From Chiloscyllium plagiosum (taxonomy: Eukaryota): 64,000 bases of DNA. The position numbers and the translations under genes are program-made. Positions 1 to 12,813 of this stretch are shown in pieces; position 1 is the stretch's first letter; the number at the start of each line of letters is the position of its first letter. Below the pieces are notes generated by a model, which had not been told where the DNA came from, did not search any database, and saw nothing but the letters and a program-made list of their open reading frames with translations. Where the stretch lies: assembly GCF_004010195.1 (NCBI RefSeq), contig NC_057728.1:40364231-40428230 (forward strand), written 5' to 3'.

Positions 1-104
1 TGGAAGGTGTTGGTGAAGTGGATGAACTGTTCAACCTCCTCATGGGAGCACGAGGCGGCGCCGATACAGTCATCGATGTAGCGGAGGAAAAGGTGGGCGG
101 TGGG
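1..104 (-). mobile_element. Penelope-like element (PLE) reverse-transcriptase fragment, running off the window start
   Basis: The reverse complement translates to PTAHLFLRYIDDCIGAASCSHEEVEQFIHFTNTF, which contains the PLE/telomerase-type RYIDD motif. It abuts a CR1 fragment at ~105. Confidence 0.85.
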
Positions 105-602
105 GATAGGAAGGATATGACTAAGTTGGAGTGGGTTCAGAAAAGATTTACCAGGATGTTGCCAGGCATGGAAGGTTTCAGTCATAAAATTGGACTGGGA
201 CATTTTCGGAGCAGAAGAGGTTGAGGGCTGACCTTAAGGAGGTTTAGAAAATCATGAGGGACATAGATAAAGTGACTAGCAAGGATCTTTTTCCCTAGGG
301 TGGGAGAGTTCAAAACTGGTGGGAATATTTTTAAGGTGAAAGGAAAAAGATTTAAAAAGAACACGAGGAGCGACCCTTTTACACAGACAGTGACTCATGT
401 GTGGAATGAACTGCCAGAGGAAGTGGTGAATGCAGGGACAGATATAACATTTAAAAGACATTTGGATAACGAAATGAATAAGAAAGGCTTGGAGGGACAT
501 GGGCCAACACAGTCAAGTGGGACTAGTTTAGTTTGGGAACATGGTCAGCATGAACTGGTTAGACCAAAGGGTCTGTTTCTATGCTCTAGGACTTTGACTC
601 TA
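105..602 (+). mobile_element. CR1/HER1-type LINE 3' fragment (ORF2 C-terminus and 3' UTR)
   Basis: Peptides LEWVQKRFTRMLPGMEG and FTQTVTHVWNELPEEVV, plus a CR1-like 3' UTR. Confidence 0.9.
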
Positions 603-3164
603 CCAACTAGATTTTGGTCTGGGACTGACTTGTCTGGTAATACCATTGGCTGGGATTATAACAGTTTCCTGTAGTTGAATCTCTCGGATGTTGGCTCTCA
701 GTTGAGGTTGGAACTGCACTGGGAGTCCTCCTCTTTTTTGTACCGTACTTTCAATGTATTGCTGTTAATCACCTTGGCTGCTTGGTGGCTCACAGCTAAT
801 TTGTGGTCTGACTTTCTCATGGTTGGAGCTGTCTGCAAACAACTTTTAGGTGATTATAAAAGCAGACACCGCTATGGCCCTATGTGACGTTCACATTTCA
901 CATGACATGTGACTTTCTACAGGTTCAAATCCTTTTTCAAATAAGACATAGTATTCATGTTGATTCTGATAGTCTGTGTTAATTATTTCAAAAATTGACA
1001 GCTTGAAACTATCATGTTGATACAACAGGACACTTCCATTTGCCAAAAATTAACTTTAATTTTCTCTGTTATTCAGAATGACCTTTGGAAACAGTCAACA
1101 TAAAGATTCCTTTGGTATTGATTATTTCTGAACAAAGAGACGTATTGAGATTCCTGATGGCTATGAAGGTCTACACGTCTTTGGTTATTCACTTGAGACA
1201 TTGTATTGTCTGTCACTTAAATACCAAATCTCACATAACTCGAAGCAGCCATATCAATAGCTTGTTTGACAGCTTTAAAAAAATATTGACTGTAAGTTCA
1301 AAGCATGAAATTTCTGTATTGGGCATGCCCCAAGTCTTAACGAACAGCATAGAGAAGCAGAGGTAGATTGGAAGTTGGAAATTTCAAGCTGATGTGAAAT
1401 ACCATTTTATTCTTGCACCCCATCTTCCCCTGGGATGAGAAGGGAGACTACAGGGTCCATTTATTTGGGTGTGAAGGGGTCGGATGGAGATCTATTGTAT
1501 TCCTGACCTTCCCAATTCAGTCTGGGCTGGGAAGGTTCAAGAATGGGCATATAGGATTAATTGAGGGCATCAACAGGCAGCAAGTCAGGATCACGTGTGG
1601 GTACCCATTCGGTAAAGCCAAGACCCTGGTGAAGGACCCTTGGGCAGCCTTTGCCTAACAGGGATATCTGGAATAGTGTGGGATCATTCTCCCTAACCCT
1701 ACTAGCCTTGAATATTATTGTCCGCTCACTGCATTTTTGTCTGGTCCTGGTGAACCCACCTTATCGACAAGGCTGCAGTGAAATTCCTGCTGCTCAGACC
1801 TCCTACCCTCTGCCATTGCCTACTGCTCCTGCTCGTACTGAAGGTCTGCTAGCTTCCGTTGCTTAGCCATTCCCAGGGGTGGAAAATGCCCCGAGGAGGA
1901 GGAGGATTCAAATACCATCCAGCTGAGTGGTTAAGTGTCACTAAATTGGGTCATCAGGCATGTAAAGACTGTGGCAAAGTTGGCACCAGAACTCTGGTTG
2001 GCGAATGGGTCCACTGCAATGAGCATAAAGTTCTGCCCACAATGTAAGACTTTAAACAACCGCAGATTCAGAGCAGGAAATGTTTGATCTTCTAATTCTG
2101 ACATGCACTTTTTAGCAAGACCAGTACAGTTCCTGCTAGCCAGGAGCTTGCCATCCTAAATCATATCTCCATCCATTTTGAACCCAAACTCCAGTGACTG
2201 GGATAAGGAACAATGTCTTCATTGTTCCTTTAATACAGGAAAGCATGGCACTAGTTTGACTATCCCAGTCATTTCTCCTTTTGCCTCAGGTAACTGACAT
2301 GATCCTAAACCTCACTCAATAAAACTATCAAAATTAGAAAAGAATTCCCAGATAGTGTCGACAAAATTAAAGAAGGATGTAAAAAGATCGAAAGTTCTGA
2401 ATAGTTATTTTACTATTTCAAATTTGCAAGTGGTTTTAAACTTACCAAGAAACTTATAAATGAATTAGCCAGAGCATGTTTACTGTTCTGCATATCAATC
2501 TCAGCAATCAGCCACATCCCATTGATATGCTACAACTTGACAAGCAGATCAAAGCTATGCCTATAAAAGGTAGTTATGGCAATCACAGACAGTAATTGAA
2601 GCGGTGGGTATTTCCAATGATACCTTGAATTTGTAACCCCATTTACCACACGGGATAGCATTGTAGGTTTATGAGGTAAAAGGCACATTGAAGTTTGCTG
2701 AATGCATCTGTCATATGGTAAACCTGAGGGGATCTTTAATACCTCCATGTAACATACAATGCTAACTCTCCTTCTCATCAATAATCTTTTCAGATGAAAG
2801 GCACATCAGGAAATCAAATACATCAATTTGAGTTTCGATTTGCTTTATTGTTTGGAAGCAGAAAAGTCAATTTAATTATAATTAAATGGCTTAATCAGTT
2901 TAAAAATGAATTGAATTAACCACACAAATGCCAACTGTCATCTGAGGACAGCATCCAATATAGTCCTGACAAAGCAATATATAAACCATTTATTTTCATA
3001 TAGTTTCTCCAGGGTTTCTGCAGTTTTGCTGCTGAATTGTTCAATGTGCACCCTGCCTTTAAAGAAAGATCAACTTGACAAATTTCAAGTGCTACAGTGT
3101 TGGGTGCATACAGTGTTGAAACTCTGCCTGACAATTAGTCTGCTGTGGATTTGAAAGCTATACT

Positions 3165-3189
3165 CACACACACACACAGACACACACAC
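3165..3189. repeat. (CA)n microsatellite
   Basis: Direct reading of the sequence. Confidence 0.9.
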
Positions 3190-4286
3190 GAATCAGTTTG
3201 CTTTGTAACTTATAAGGTGTTTTACTGTTTTAAGTGAACTAACACACAGAATTATTTTATCACTGGTAAGTGAGTGATGGTTACACTGTTTGCATTAACA
3301 TGACAGAGGTTATAGTGGACACTGGAGAGAACCCTGAAAAAAATTAATGGTGATCACTTTGTTTCTACTAGCTCTTACAATGTAACCAGAATAATGGTTG
3401 ATGTAGCAAATTTCAATACTTCAAAATGAAAAGTTTAATTGTCCTGCAATTGTCTAACCTTACCAAGATTCTTTACCTTGATGAGTGCCAAAAAATGTGT
3501 AATGCCTACACCTTATGAATGAGCAAGAGGAGTATATGCTAAAATGAACTGAAAAGGAAAAAGAAAGGAGAACAGTGCCAATTGTTGGGGTATGTTTGTG
3601 GAGGAAACATCGGGATGAAGTGATGTGAGGGGTGGAGGTGGAAAAGTGAGCCATCATGAACAGGAAGGAGTGTGGGGAAAAGATTACTGTTGTGAACTGG
3701 GAGATGTTGGGGGAGAAAGGTTTCTTTGTGAATGAGTGGGAGAGTGGGAAAAAGTGCCTCTGAATTATTGTAACGACTGTATAAATAACCAATTCTAAAA
3801 TAACTTAACAGCTTTAGAAACAGAAAGTTCATGTAAATATCTGCTACAGCCCACAACTTGTCACATGAAATCTGGAAAAATGGACCCTCCAAGTTATTAG
3901 CTTCTTCATCAAGCAATCAACTATAGGGGGTGTCTGCAGTTTAAGTTGTAACAAGCTCTTGACACAACACACTTTCAGTGCAACCACAGCTCTGAGGCTT
4001 GTATTTAGCGTTGCTTTTTTAAATGATCAGCTGTTTAGAAGATGTGCCAGACTTTCTCAGTATAGTTGTTGAGGAACATCTATTTGTTATCTAAATTGGC
4101 ACACATACAACATTTGGGTTCTCCACACTGAAAACACAAGCTACTTTGATAGGCAAGAAGGTGATATCTAAGAAATTTAAATGTTTACGAAGATAACAAA
4201 GCAAAGATAATAATGCAAAAGAGGATTGGTTTGTTATCACTTGATGTGGTAATATTTCACATCCTACATTGGGTATTTATCTGTCC

Positions 4287-4417
4287 TATCATTCCTGATG
4301 AAGGGCTTATGCCCGAAACATCAATTCTTGTGTTCCTCGGATGCTGCCTGACCTGCTGGCTTTTCCAGCACCACACTCTCGACTCTGATCTCCAGCATCT
4401 GAAGTCCTCACTTTCTC
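4287..4417 (+). mobile_element. ~130-bp Penelope-type mini-element with 5' hammerhead motif and 13-bp TSD
   Basis: TSD tatttatctgtcc (4274-4286) / tatttgtctgtcc (4418-4430). Same family as 24345, 28784 and 33634. Confidence 0.8.
4291..4326 (+). ncRNA. Putative minimal type I hammerhead ribozyme motif
   Basis: CTGATGA (4295-4301)-A-GGGC/TTAT/GCCC (stem II)-GAAA-CA-TC. Core nucleotides are intact; stem III is reduced and stem I is weak. Confidence 0.6.
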
Positions 4418-5050
4418 TATTTGTCTGTCCAACTCAGGAAGAAAGCAAACATATGGGAGACACCAGCAAGTTAAACAAAGTTTCAGTGTGCACAATGAAG
4501 GTCTTCATTGTTATATCCTTTCGATACTCATCCATAGGACAGCTCTAACATCCTACAGGACTCCACCAGTAAACCTCCATATTCAAGAATGCAATCAATT
4601 CTCTACCTAACTCAGATTCTACCTTCGAATCCCATTGAGCTCGACTTAATACGGTACAAGAATATGTTCTGCCGTGCAATAACAAAAGATTTGACTAAAT
4701 ATGCAATACAAAAGTGAAATACAACAATGCTCGAAAAATAAAATAGAAAATATCATAAATACCCAGCAGGTTGGGTAGAAATGAAGTTAATGTTTCAGGT
4801 GGATGAAGTTTCATTAGAATTTTGTTGCTGTTTACATAGATACTGTTTCACTAACTGAATATTTGCAAATGTGCACTGTAAAATGACATCCTTTAAGAAT
4901 ACTATTGTCTATAAGATCATAAAAGCTGCAAAGAATGAGGTTATATTGAATTTAGAACTATAGAAATTACTTCTACACGTCATAGTATAATGTCACATTG
5001 TGTGTAGGGAGAATTTAAACAGAATATTGTCTTGGGTCACAACTGAACAA

Positions 5051-6226
5051 GACATAAGACCATAAGACATAGGAGTGGAAGTAAGGTCATACGGCCCATT
5101 GAGTCCACTCCACCATGCTGATGGACATTTCAACTCCACTTACCCACACTCTCCTCGTAGCCGTTAATTCCTTGTGAGATCAAGAATTTATCAATTTCTT
5201 CCCTGAAGACACTCAACATCCCAGCCTCCACTGCAGTCCGTGGCAATGAATTCCACAGGCCCAGCAATCTCTGGCTGAAGAAATGTCTCCTCATTTCTGT
5301 TCGAAATTGACCTCCTTTAATTCTAAGGCTGTGCCCATGGGTCCTAGTCTCCCCACCTAATGGAGACAAATTCCCTGTGTCCATCCTTTCTAAGCCATGC
5401 CTTATCTTGTAAGTTTCAATTAGATCACCCCTCAACTTCTAAACTCTAACGAATACAATCCCAGGATCCTCAATCATTCATCATATGTTAGGCCTATCAT
5501 TCCAAGGATCATCCGTGTGAATCTCCACTCCAGTGCCAGTATGTCCTTCCTGAGGTGTGGGGCCCAAAATTGGACACAGTACTCAAAATGAGGACTAACT
5601 GGAGCTTTATAAAATCTCAGAAGCACATCACTGCTTTTATATTCTAACCCTCTTGAGATAAATGACAACATTACATTTGCTTTCTTAACCACAGACCCAA
5701 CCTGCAAGTCAACCTTTAGAGAATCCTGGACTAGCACTCCCAGATCCCTTTATACTTTGGCTTTATGAATTTTCTCACCCTTTAGAACATAGTCCATGCC
5801 TGTATTCCTTTTTCCAAAGTGCAAGACCTCGCATTTGCTCACGTTGAATTTCATCAGCCATTTCCTGGACCACTCTCCTAAACTGTCTAAATTTTTCTGT
5901 ACCCTCCCCACCTCCTCAGAGTGCCCCCAGTCTCTTCATCTGGATCATTTATATATAAAGTGAACAGCTGTGGCCCCAACACTGAACCTTGCAGGACAAC
6001 ATTTATCACCAGCTGCCATTCCGAAAAAGAGCCTTTTATCCCAACTCTCTGCCTTCTGTCAGCCAGCCAATCCTCAATCCATACCAGTAGCTCATCTCAA
6101 ACACCATGGGCCCTCACCTTAATCAGTGGCCTCCCATGAGGCACCTTATCAAAGGCCTTTTGGAAGTCTAGATAAATAACATCCACTGGGTTTCCTTGGT
6201 CTAACCTACTTGTTACATCTTCAAAA
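5051..6226 (-). mobile_element. CR1/HER1-type LINE fragment (RT C-terminal half and 3' UTR), internally deleted
   Basis: ORFs RGDLIETYKI...FFSQRLLGLWNSLP and PHFEYCVQFWAPHLRKD; short tandem-repeat tail (cataaga) at ~5051. Confidence 0.92.
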
Positions 6227-7040
6227 ATCATAGCACTTCAAACTCAGCTTCTTCAATTAACTCATTTTCCAAGTTTGATAGGCCAATTACTAAATTGCAA
6301 ATCAATAAAATTAATTCAAACCATCAAAAGAAGTAATATTTTATGAAAACTTGCACAATACCTGCAAACATATAAACTCGTCCTGTTGATAAACACACCC
6401 TCTTGAACATATTCTGTGTCTCCCAGATATTCTGACAATTTAATCTACCCCAAAATCCTTAATTATGACCATAAATTTGTACCAAAATGATTTTTGCCTT
6501 TTGTCAGGTGGAATGCCGGATTGCACATTGCTCCACCACATTGTTTCTGTTGTTTGGTGAAAGTCTGCACTCTAAGTCAAGTGTTCAAAAAACAAAGAAG
6601 ATATATCCTAGGAGATGATTTTCAAATGGCACTCAAACCAGGCATGAAATGAAAAAGCTGTCCATTGATCCTGAGCATTTGAAGTAAGGAAAGGACTCAA
6701 CAATTATCTTGGTCAAACCTAATTCCCATTCTATAGACAAATTCAATGCAATTTACTGATTGGAAAAGGTGGTAAAGTTAGCAGCTTCACTCTGGAGTCA
6801 TCTACTGCAAATGGTTGAGGAAGTTGGGAGTTGGCAGGGGGAAGTAAGCTGTTGCAGGAGTTGCTTATTAAAAGAGTTGCCTATTAAAACTCCTATCAAA
6901 AGGAGTTTTTCACAGGATGGAAATATAGAACGTTAGTGAGGAAATGGGAAGATGTGGAGAGAATTGTTTGAGGAACCTTGGTCTTAAGTCCTCAATCTTA
7001 AAAGAAACAATGACTAATGGACACTTTGTGCACATGTAGT

Positions 7041-7665
7041 TGTTATGAAGATGTGGGTGTACTGTAACTTTAAGAGAATTAAAAGCTAACAGTGACATCA
7101 CTAAGTGCTCTCAATAAGATACAATATAACATTTGGTCCATCTACTGGTGCAGTTAGGGTAGCTGGTTGCTTGGAGACAGAAACAGATTTGAATTAGGCC
7201 AATCCATTTAAATTATACCCCTAAAAACACCCACAAACTTTATTCAAGTTTGAATTTAGTATATTGACAATCTTAAAAGCCAATGACACAATCCGATGCT
7301 TTGGGGATATAAGACCGGAAAAAATTTAACAGTTGAGAAGAGAACTGCCAAGCCAACGACATCTGCAAACTATCCAGAGAACTGTTCTCTTCAAGGTACC
7401 TTTATTGATTAGTAACCTGTGAAGCAAAATCCCCAAGAAGAAGAAAAGTAGTATTGGAGAAGGGGAAGATATAAGATAGGTTAGAGGAAGAAGTTGTAAA
7501 TAGTGGTTAGTTAATTATTCTCTGTTATACTTTATGAAATAAAGTTGCTAATTTTTACTTTAAATAGTTCTTGCCTCACAAATTTTCACAGAATAAAGCA
7601 CAGGATAAATATTTAATGTGTTGCTGGTTTAAATTAAGCAGGAGGGTTTACCCCGTATCATAACA
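7041..7665 (+). repeat. 5' LTR (625 bp)
   Basis: Begins tgttatgaag and ends tcataaca (8-bp terminal inverted repeat). Has a TATA-like tataag (~7308) and AATAAA (~7538). Lacks ~90 bp near 7445 relative to the 3' LTR. Confidence 0.95.
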
Positions 7666-7668
7666 GTT

Positions 7669-7690
7669 TTGGGGCTCATTGTCAGGATTT
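7669..7690 (+). promoter_or_regulatory. Primer-binding site, degenerate, tRNA-Pro type
   Basis: ttggggctcattgtcaggattt sits just after the LTR and resembles the tRNA-Pro PBS TGGGGGCTCGTCCGGGAT. Confidence 0.65.
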
Positions 7691-7849
7691 GAAGTAGTTT
7701 AGACAGATTTGAAAGGATTTTGGGGTACGAAAGTTCCCAGCAGATTTAAACACTTGCAGGTTAGTGTCCTAGATCTTCAAATAAAATGTAGGTGAGGCAA
7801 TTTGTTTACTTTAGATGACTTGTGGTTCATTAAATTAAAAGTGAGAGAA

Positions 7850-9060
7850 ATGCATCTTAAAATTGCTAAAGGGGTTCTGGGATTTGAAGATGATTCTTAA
7901 ATTTGCTAAGGAAGTTTAGAAGGAAAGAGAAAGGTCATACTTTTAGAATTAGTAAATAAGTTAGATTTGGGTTTAACCAAGGACAAAAGTAAAACTGAAA
8001 TTGTCAGGGAATTACTCAAACTCTTAGGTGGGTCAGAGAAACAAACAAGTGCAGGAGAGGTAGGAAGACGTAAATTACAATTGAGGAAAATGGAGTTAGA
8101 TAAACAAAGAGAGTAAGAGGAAAGAGAGAGGGAGAGGGAGGAAAGAGAGAGAGAGTGAGAGAAGGTAGTGATACATATAAATATGTCAAAACTCTGCCAC
8201 ATTTTGATGAGAAAGGTGTTGAAGCCATCGTTATTTCATTTGAAAAATTGGCGAGGCAGATAGAATGGTCCAAGGATTTATGGGTAATGCTAGTTCAGAC
8301 TAAATTGGTAGGCAGAGCTAGTGAGGTATTTGCCGTACTGTCAGATGAGGTGTCAAAAGATTGTTAAGAGTAAAACAGGCTACTTTAAGTGCTCATGAAT
8401 TAATACCAGACACATATAGACAGAGGTTCAGAAACACAAAGAAGGAACCAGTTCAGACTTATGTTGAGTTTAAAAGAATTAAACATAATCATTTTGATCG
8501 ATGGGTGCATACTTTGAAAATAGATAAGACCTTTAAGGCTCTAAGAGAGATTATTCAACTGGAGGAGTTTAAAAACTCATTTCCAGAGCTAGTAAAAATT
8601 CATGTGGAGGAACAGAAAGTTCTGGAAGTAAGAAGGGCAGCGGAATTAATACGTCTACATGCATGACAAGCTTCCGGCCAGAATTTCATCCTGAGGGATA
8701 GAAATTGGGAGAAGGGGAGATCCTATACTACAAAACTAAAAGTAGAGAACACTAGTAAGAATTTACCACAGGATAAAAAAAGAAGCCCAATAGGGTGGAA
8801 AGGAGGTGAAAGGCCCCAGGTGTTTCCACAGTGGTAAAGTGGGACACATAAAGACACAGTGCTGGTCGTTAAGGAAAGGAACTGTGGGAAAAGATGTGGT
8901 AAAAGAAGCTAAGCCAGTGGCTTTAGTGAAGGTAGTAAAGGAGACCCCAGAAGAGCCAAGAAGAGCCGAGGAGCTGCAGGAGAGTGCACAGGCTAGGGAG
9001 GGGTTGGGTATGGAGTTAGTACCTGATCTTGACAAAGAATTCACCTCTGTGGGTAAAGTT
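7850..9060 (+). pseudogene. gag: Degenerate gag: coiled coil, capsid with SCAN-like domain (~8400-8651), zinc knuckle (8821-8862)
   Basis: ATG at 7850; peptides LPHFDEKGVEAIVISFEKLA...W, PDTYRQRFRN...LREIIQLEEFKNSFP and CFHSGKVGHIKTQC; in-frame stops and frameshifts. Confidence 0.85.
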
Positions 9061-9061
9061 T

Positions 9062-9361
9062 AGATTAGATTACTTACAGTGTGGAAATAGGCCCTTCGGC
9101 CCAACAAGCCCGCACCAACCCTCTGAAGAGCAACCCACCCAGACCCATTCCTCTACATTTAGTCCTTCACCTAACACTACGGGCAATTTAGCATGGCCAA
9201 TTCACCTAACCTGCACATTTTTGGACTGTGGGAGGAAACCGGAGCACCCAGAGGAAACCCACGCAGACACAGGGAGAATGTGCAAACTCCACACAGACAG
9301 TTGTCTAAGGCGGGAATTGAACTCGGGTCTCTGGTGCTGTGAGGCAGCAGTGCTAACCACT
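9062..9361 (-). mobile_element. HE1-type SINE inserted inside the LTR element
   Basis: HE1 motifs (ggaggaaaccggagcaccc, gtgcaaactccacacag, (agatt)n tail); gttt is duplicated at 9058-9061 and 9362-9365. Confidence 0.92.
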
Positions 9362-12300
9362 GTTTACTCAGAAAGAACAGGGGAGAAGGACAAAAATTAT
9401 AATTTTGAGAGATACAGGATATAATCAGTCGCTGATAGTAAGATATGAATGAATATGCACTCTTTCTGATCTGTTACCCGAGAGTGTGTTAATTTGTGAG
9501 ATAGATGGACAGAAACTTAGCGTTCTCCTCTGTAAAATCAGATTGAAGTGCCAGCTTAAGACTGGGGAAGTAACAGTGGGAGTGATTGACAAAGTGCCAG
9601 TTCCAGGAATTGGCCATTGTTCTTGGGAATGATTTGGCCGGATCCAAGGTGGGAGTGACACCCTGTGTTGTGGAGAAACCTAAGGAAGACCAAGAAACTG
9701 AGGAGTTGAAACAGAAATACCCTGGTATTTTCCCAGACTGTGTGGTAACCAGATCCCTCTATCATAGGTCACAGCACGAAGTGAAAAGTAAAGTGAAAGA
9801 TGAAGGAGTTGAGGTTCAGTTAGCAGATACCCTGTTTGACATAGCAGTGCAGTAAAAACCTGAACAGTCAGAGGGTCAGACAGATGCGTTTAATCCTGAA
9901 AGGTGAAGGGACTTGCAACATAGACAAGACAATAAAAGATATATATGTGGATGCATACTCTGAAAAGGAGGCAGGGAATATTCCGGTGAGAATATTATCA
10001 GAAAGACAGTATCCTAAGGCAGAAATGGAGACCTCAGCAGGTTAATGCAGAGGTGAACTGGGCTGAAGTGCATCAGATTGTGTTGCCGGTAGCATACAGA
10101 CAGGAGGTGTAACGGTAGGACATGAACTACCTGGAGGAGGTCACCTAGAGGTACAAAAGACTCAGGCTAACGTACAAAAACATTTTTATTGGCCTGGAAT
10201 GTGCAAGGATGGGTTAACTTTTGCCGTACGTGTCATATATGCCAAATGGTAGGTAAGCCACAGGCAGGAATAAAACCAGCACTTTTGTTGCCAATTCCTA
10301 CATTTGAAGAACCTTTCACGCTGGTTATAGTTGATTGTGTAGCTCCCTTCCCGAGAACTAAAAGTGGACCCAGTACTTGTTAATCATAATGGATGTGTCT
10401 ACCAGATTTCTGGAGGTAATTCCATTACGGAGTATCAAGGCAAAAAGGATAGTAGAGGAACTAGTAGCTTTCTTCACACGGTATGGGCTACCCAGAGAGA
10501 TTCAGTCAGACCAAGGGTCAAATTTTACAGCTGGGCTGTTTAAGGAGGTTATGGATAGCTTAGATATACAGCACTTTAAATCCAGTGTGTATCATCCTGA
10601 ATCCCAGGGAGCTTCAGAAAGATGGCATCAGACCTTGAAGACCATGTTGAGACCATACTGTCAGGATTACCTGAATGATTGGGATAAAGGTACTCCATTC
10701 GTATTGTTTGCCATTAGAGATGCCCCAAATGAATCTACTCAGTTCACTCCCTTTGAGTTAATATTCAGGCATGAAGGGAGAGGCCCTTTGAAATTAATTA
10801 AAGAAAAATTGACAGGACCAAAGTCGGAGATCTCACACTTAGATTTGTATTAGAGGTGAGGGAGAGACCAAATCGAGTAAGTGAGTCAGCTAAACAGCAC
10901 CGAAAGAGGGCACAGTGTAAAATGAAGCTGTTGGCAGATAAAAGCTCTGAGACTCGGATGTTTTCTCAAGGGGATGACGTGTTAGTACTGTTCCCAGTGA
11001 TAGAAGATCCCTTTAAATCCAGGTTTAATGGTCCCTATCAAATTGAGAAAAAGTCAAATCAGGTGACCTATTTAGTAAAAATGCCGGATAACACAAAAAG
11101 GTATCAGATATATCAAGTGAACATGTTAAAAACGTACTATATGAGAGAGAAAGAACTGGAGAAACAGGTGTTAGTTACTGCCCCACAGAGTGAGCAATCA
11201 AATGCAGATGATGTGGGTTTTGGTGTGCCTCAAAATAGATTAAAAAATGAAGAAGTCCTTGAGGAGTGGGATAGGTTATTAAGCTGTCTGTCTCAGGAGC
11301 ATAGAATGCAGTTGAAAGATTTGTTACTACATTATAAGGACATATGTAAGAATCAGATGGGGAGGACTAATGCTCTTGTATATGAAGTAGACATAGGGAA
11401 TACTGCTCCGATAAAACAACACCCCTATCAGCTTAATCCTTTCAAAGCCAGACAGGTCCAGATGGAGATGGAGGCCCTGCTTGACATCAGCATCGAACCA
11501 TTTCAGAGCGAGTGGAGTTCACCAATCATCATAGTTCCCAAACCAGATGGGACTCAACGATTCTGCGTGGATTATCGGAAGGTCAATGCCATTACAAAAT
11601 CGGACTCATTTCCAATTCCTACATTGGAGGATTGTTTCGAGAAAGTCAGACAAGCCAGTTACATCACTAAGTTGGACTTAATGCGTGGTTACTGGCAGGT
11701 ACCTTTATCAGAGTTGGCAAAAGAAATTTCTGCACTTGTAACCCCAAATGGGCTATATCAGTTTAAAGTGATGCCCTTTGGATTGAAGAACGCACCTGCC
11801 ACATTCCAACAACTCATGAACAGCTGTGTAGTCTATTTGGACGATGTAGTGATCTTCAGCAAGTCCTGGAAAGATCACATGGTACAGTTGGCAGAGCTTT
11901 TTGAATGACTACGAAAAGGAAAACTGGTGATAAACTTAAATAAAACTGAATTCACGAAAGCAAAGGTGACATTCTTGGGACATAACATCAGTCATGGAAG
12001 ATTGACTACACAGAATGCAAAGACGAAGGCCATCAAGGAATTTCTACCATCAACCTTGAAGAAAGAAGTGCTTTAATTCTTAGCACTCAGTGAATTCTAT
12101 TGGAAGTTTTTTTTTAACTTCAGAAGTGTATTGTCACTGTTAACTGATTTGCTGAAGAAGAACACAAAGTTTTGATGGACAGATCAATGCCTGGAGGCAT
12201 TCGACCATTTGAAATCAATATTAACCACCAAACCAGTTTTAGCTACATCAAACTTTTCAAAACCTTTTAAAGTTGCCATCAATGCTAGTACATAGGACTT

Positions 12301-12655
12301 GGAGCTGTACTCCCTCAGGAAGATGAGGATGGGATTGAACTGCCAGTTGGTTACTTTTCGAAGAAGATCAACATCCACCAGAAGAAATACTCCACAATTG
12401 AAAAAGCAACTATTGAGTTTGGTACTGGCTTTACAACCTTTTAATGTGGATGTTGTGAACAATGTGTCAGAGACGGTTGTGTACACAGAGCACAATCCAC
12501 TTACATTCTTAGAACACTTTAAAGACACGAATATGAGTCTATTTCATTGGAGTCTTATGTTACAGACTTTTAATTTTAAATTAATACATGTTGCGGATCA
12601 TAAGAATGTAATCGCAGATGTGTTATCACAGATTCAATTGGTAGAGTATCGATGA
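9362..12655 (+). pseudogene. pol: Degenerate pol with order protease - integrase - RT - RNase H
   Basis: Protease ILRDTG (DTG at 9411-9419). Integrase HHCC (FCRTCHICQ), core VDCV / IQSDQGSNF / ERWHQTLK and GPY module (~10100-11130). RT RFCVDYRKVN, KLDLMRGYWQ, MPFGLKNAPATFQ, YLDD (11834-11845). RNase H VYTEHNPL...NVIADVLS. Confidence 0.95.
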
Positions 12656-12802
12656 GGTTTATATTTATTTAATGTTATATATACAGGTATATGGGAAGAA
12701 GTTAAGGTGAACTTATATGAAAGTTATCTGTATGTTAGGATAATGTGTTTAAAAAATAGAAAAAAAAAAGAATCTTTTCATTATGATAGTTCCTTTTTTT
12801 TT

Positions 12803-12813
12803 AAGGAGGGAGG
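12803..12813 (+). promoter_or_regulatory. Polypurine tract
   Basis: aaggagggagg immediately before the 3' LTR, preceded by a T-run. Confidence 0.85.

Noticed and set aside
3460..3916. Two overlapping minus-strand ORFs of 110-125 aa
   Set aside because: Low-complexity purine-rich DNA with no recognisable domain or splice structure.
4720..4870. Further hammerhead motifs in old Penelope-like fragments (also ~17400, ~19265, ~24135, ~63650)
   Set aside because: The cores are too mutated or absent to call as ribozymes.
10856..11908. Domesticated or active RT gene (350-aa ORF)
   Set aside because: It is flanked by frameshifts and stops, has a short deletion just before YLDD and terminates within RT.
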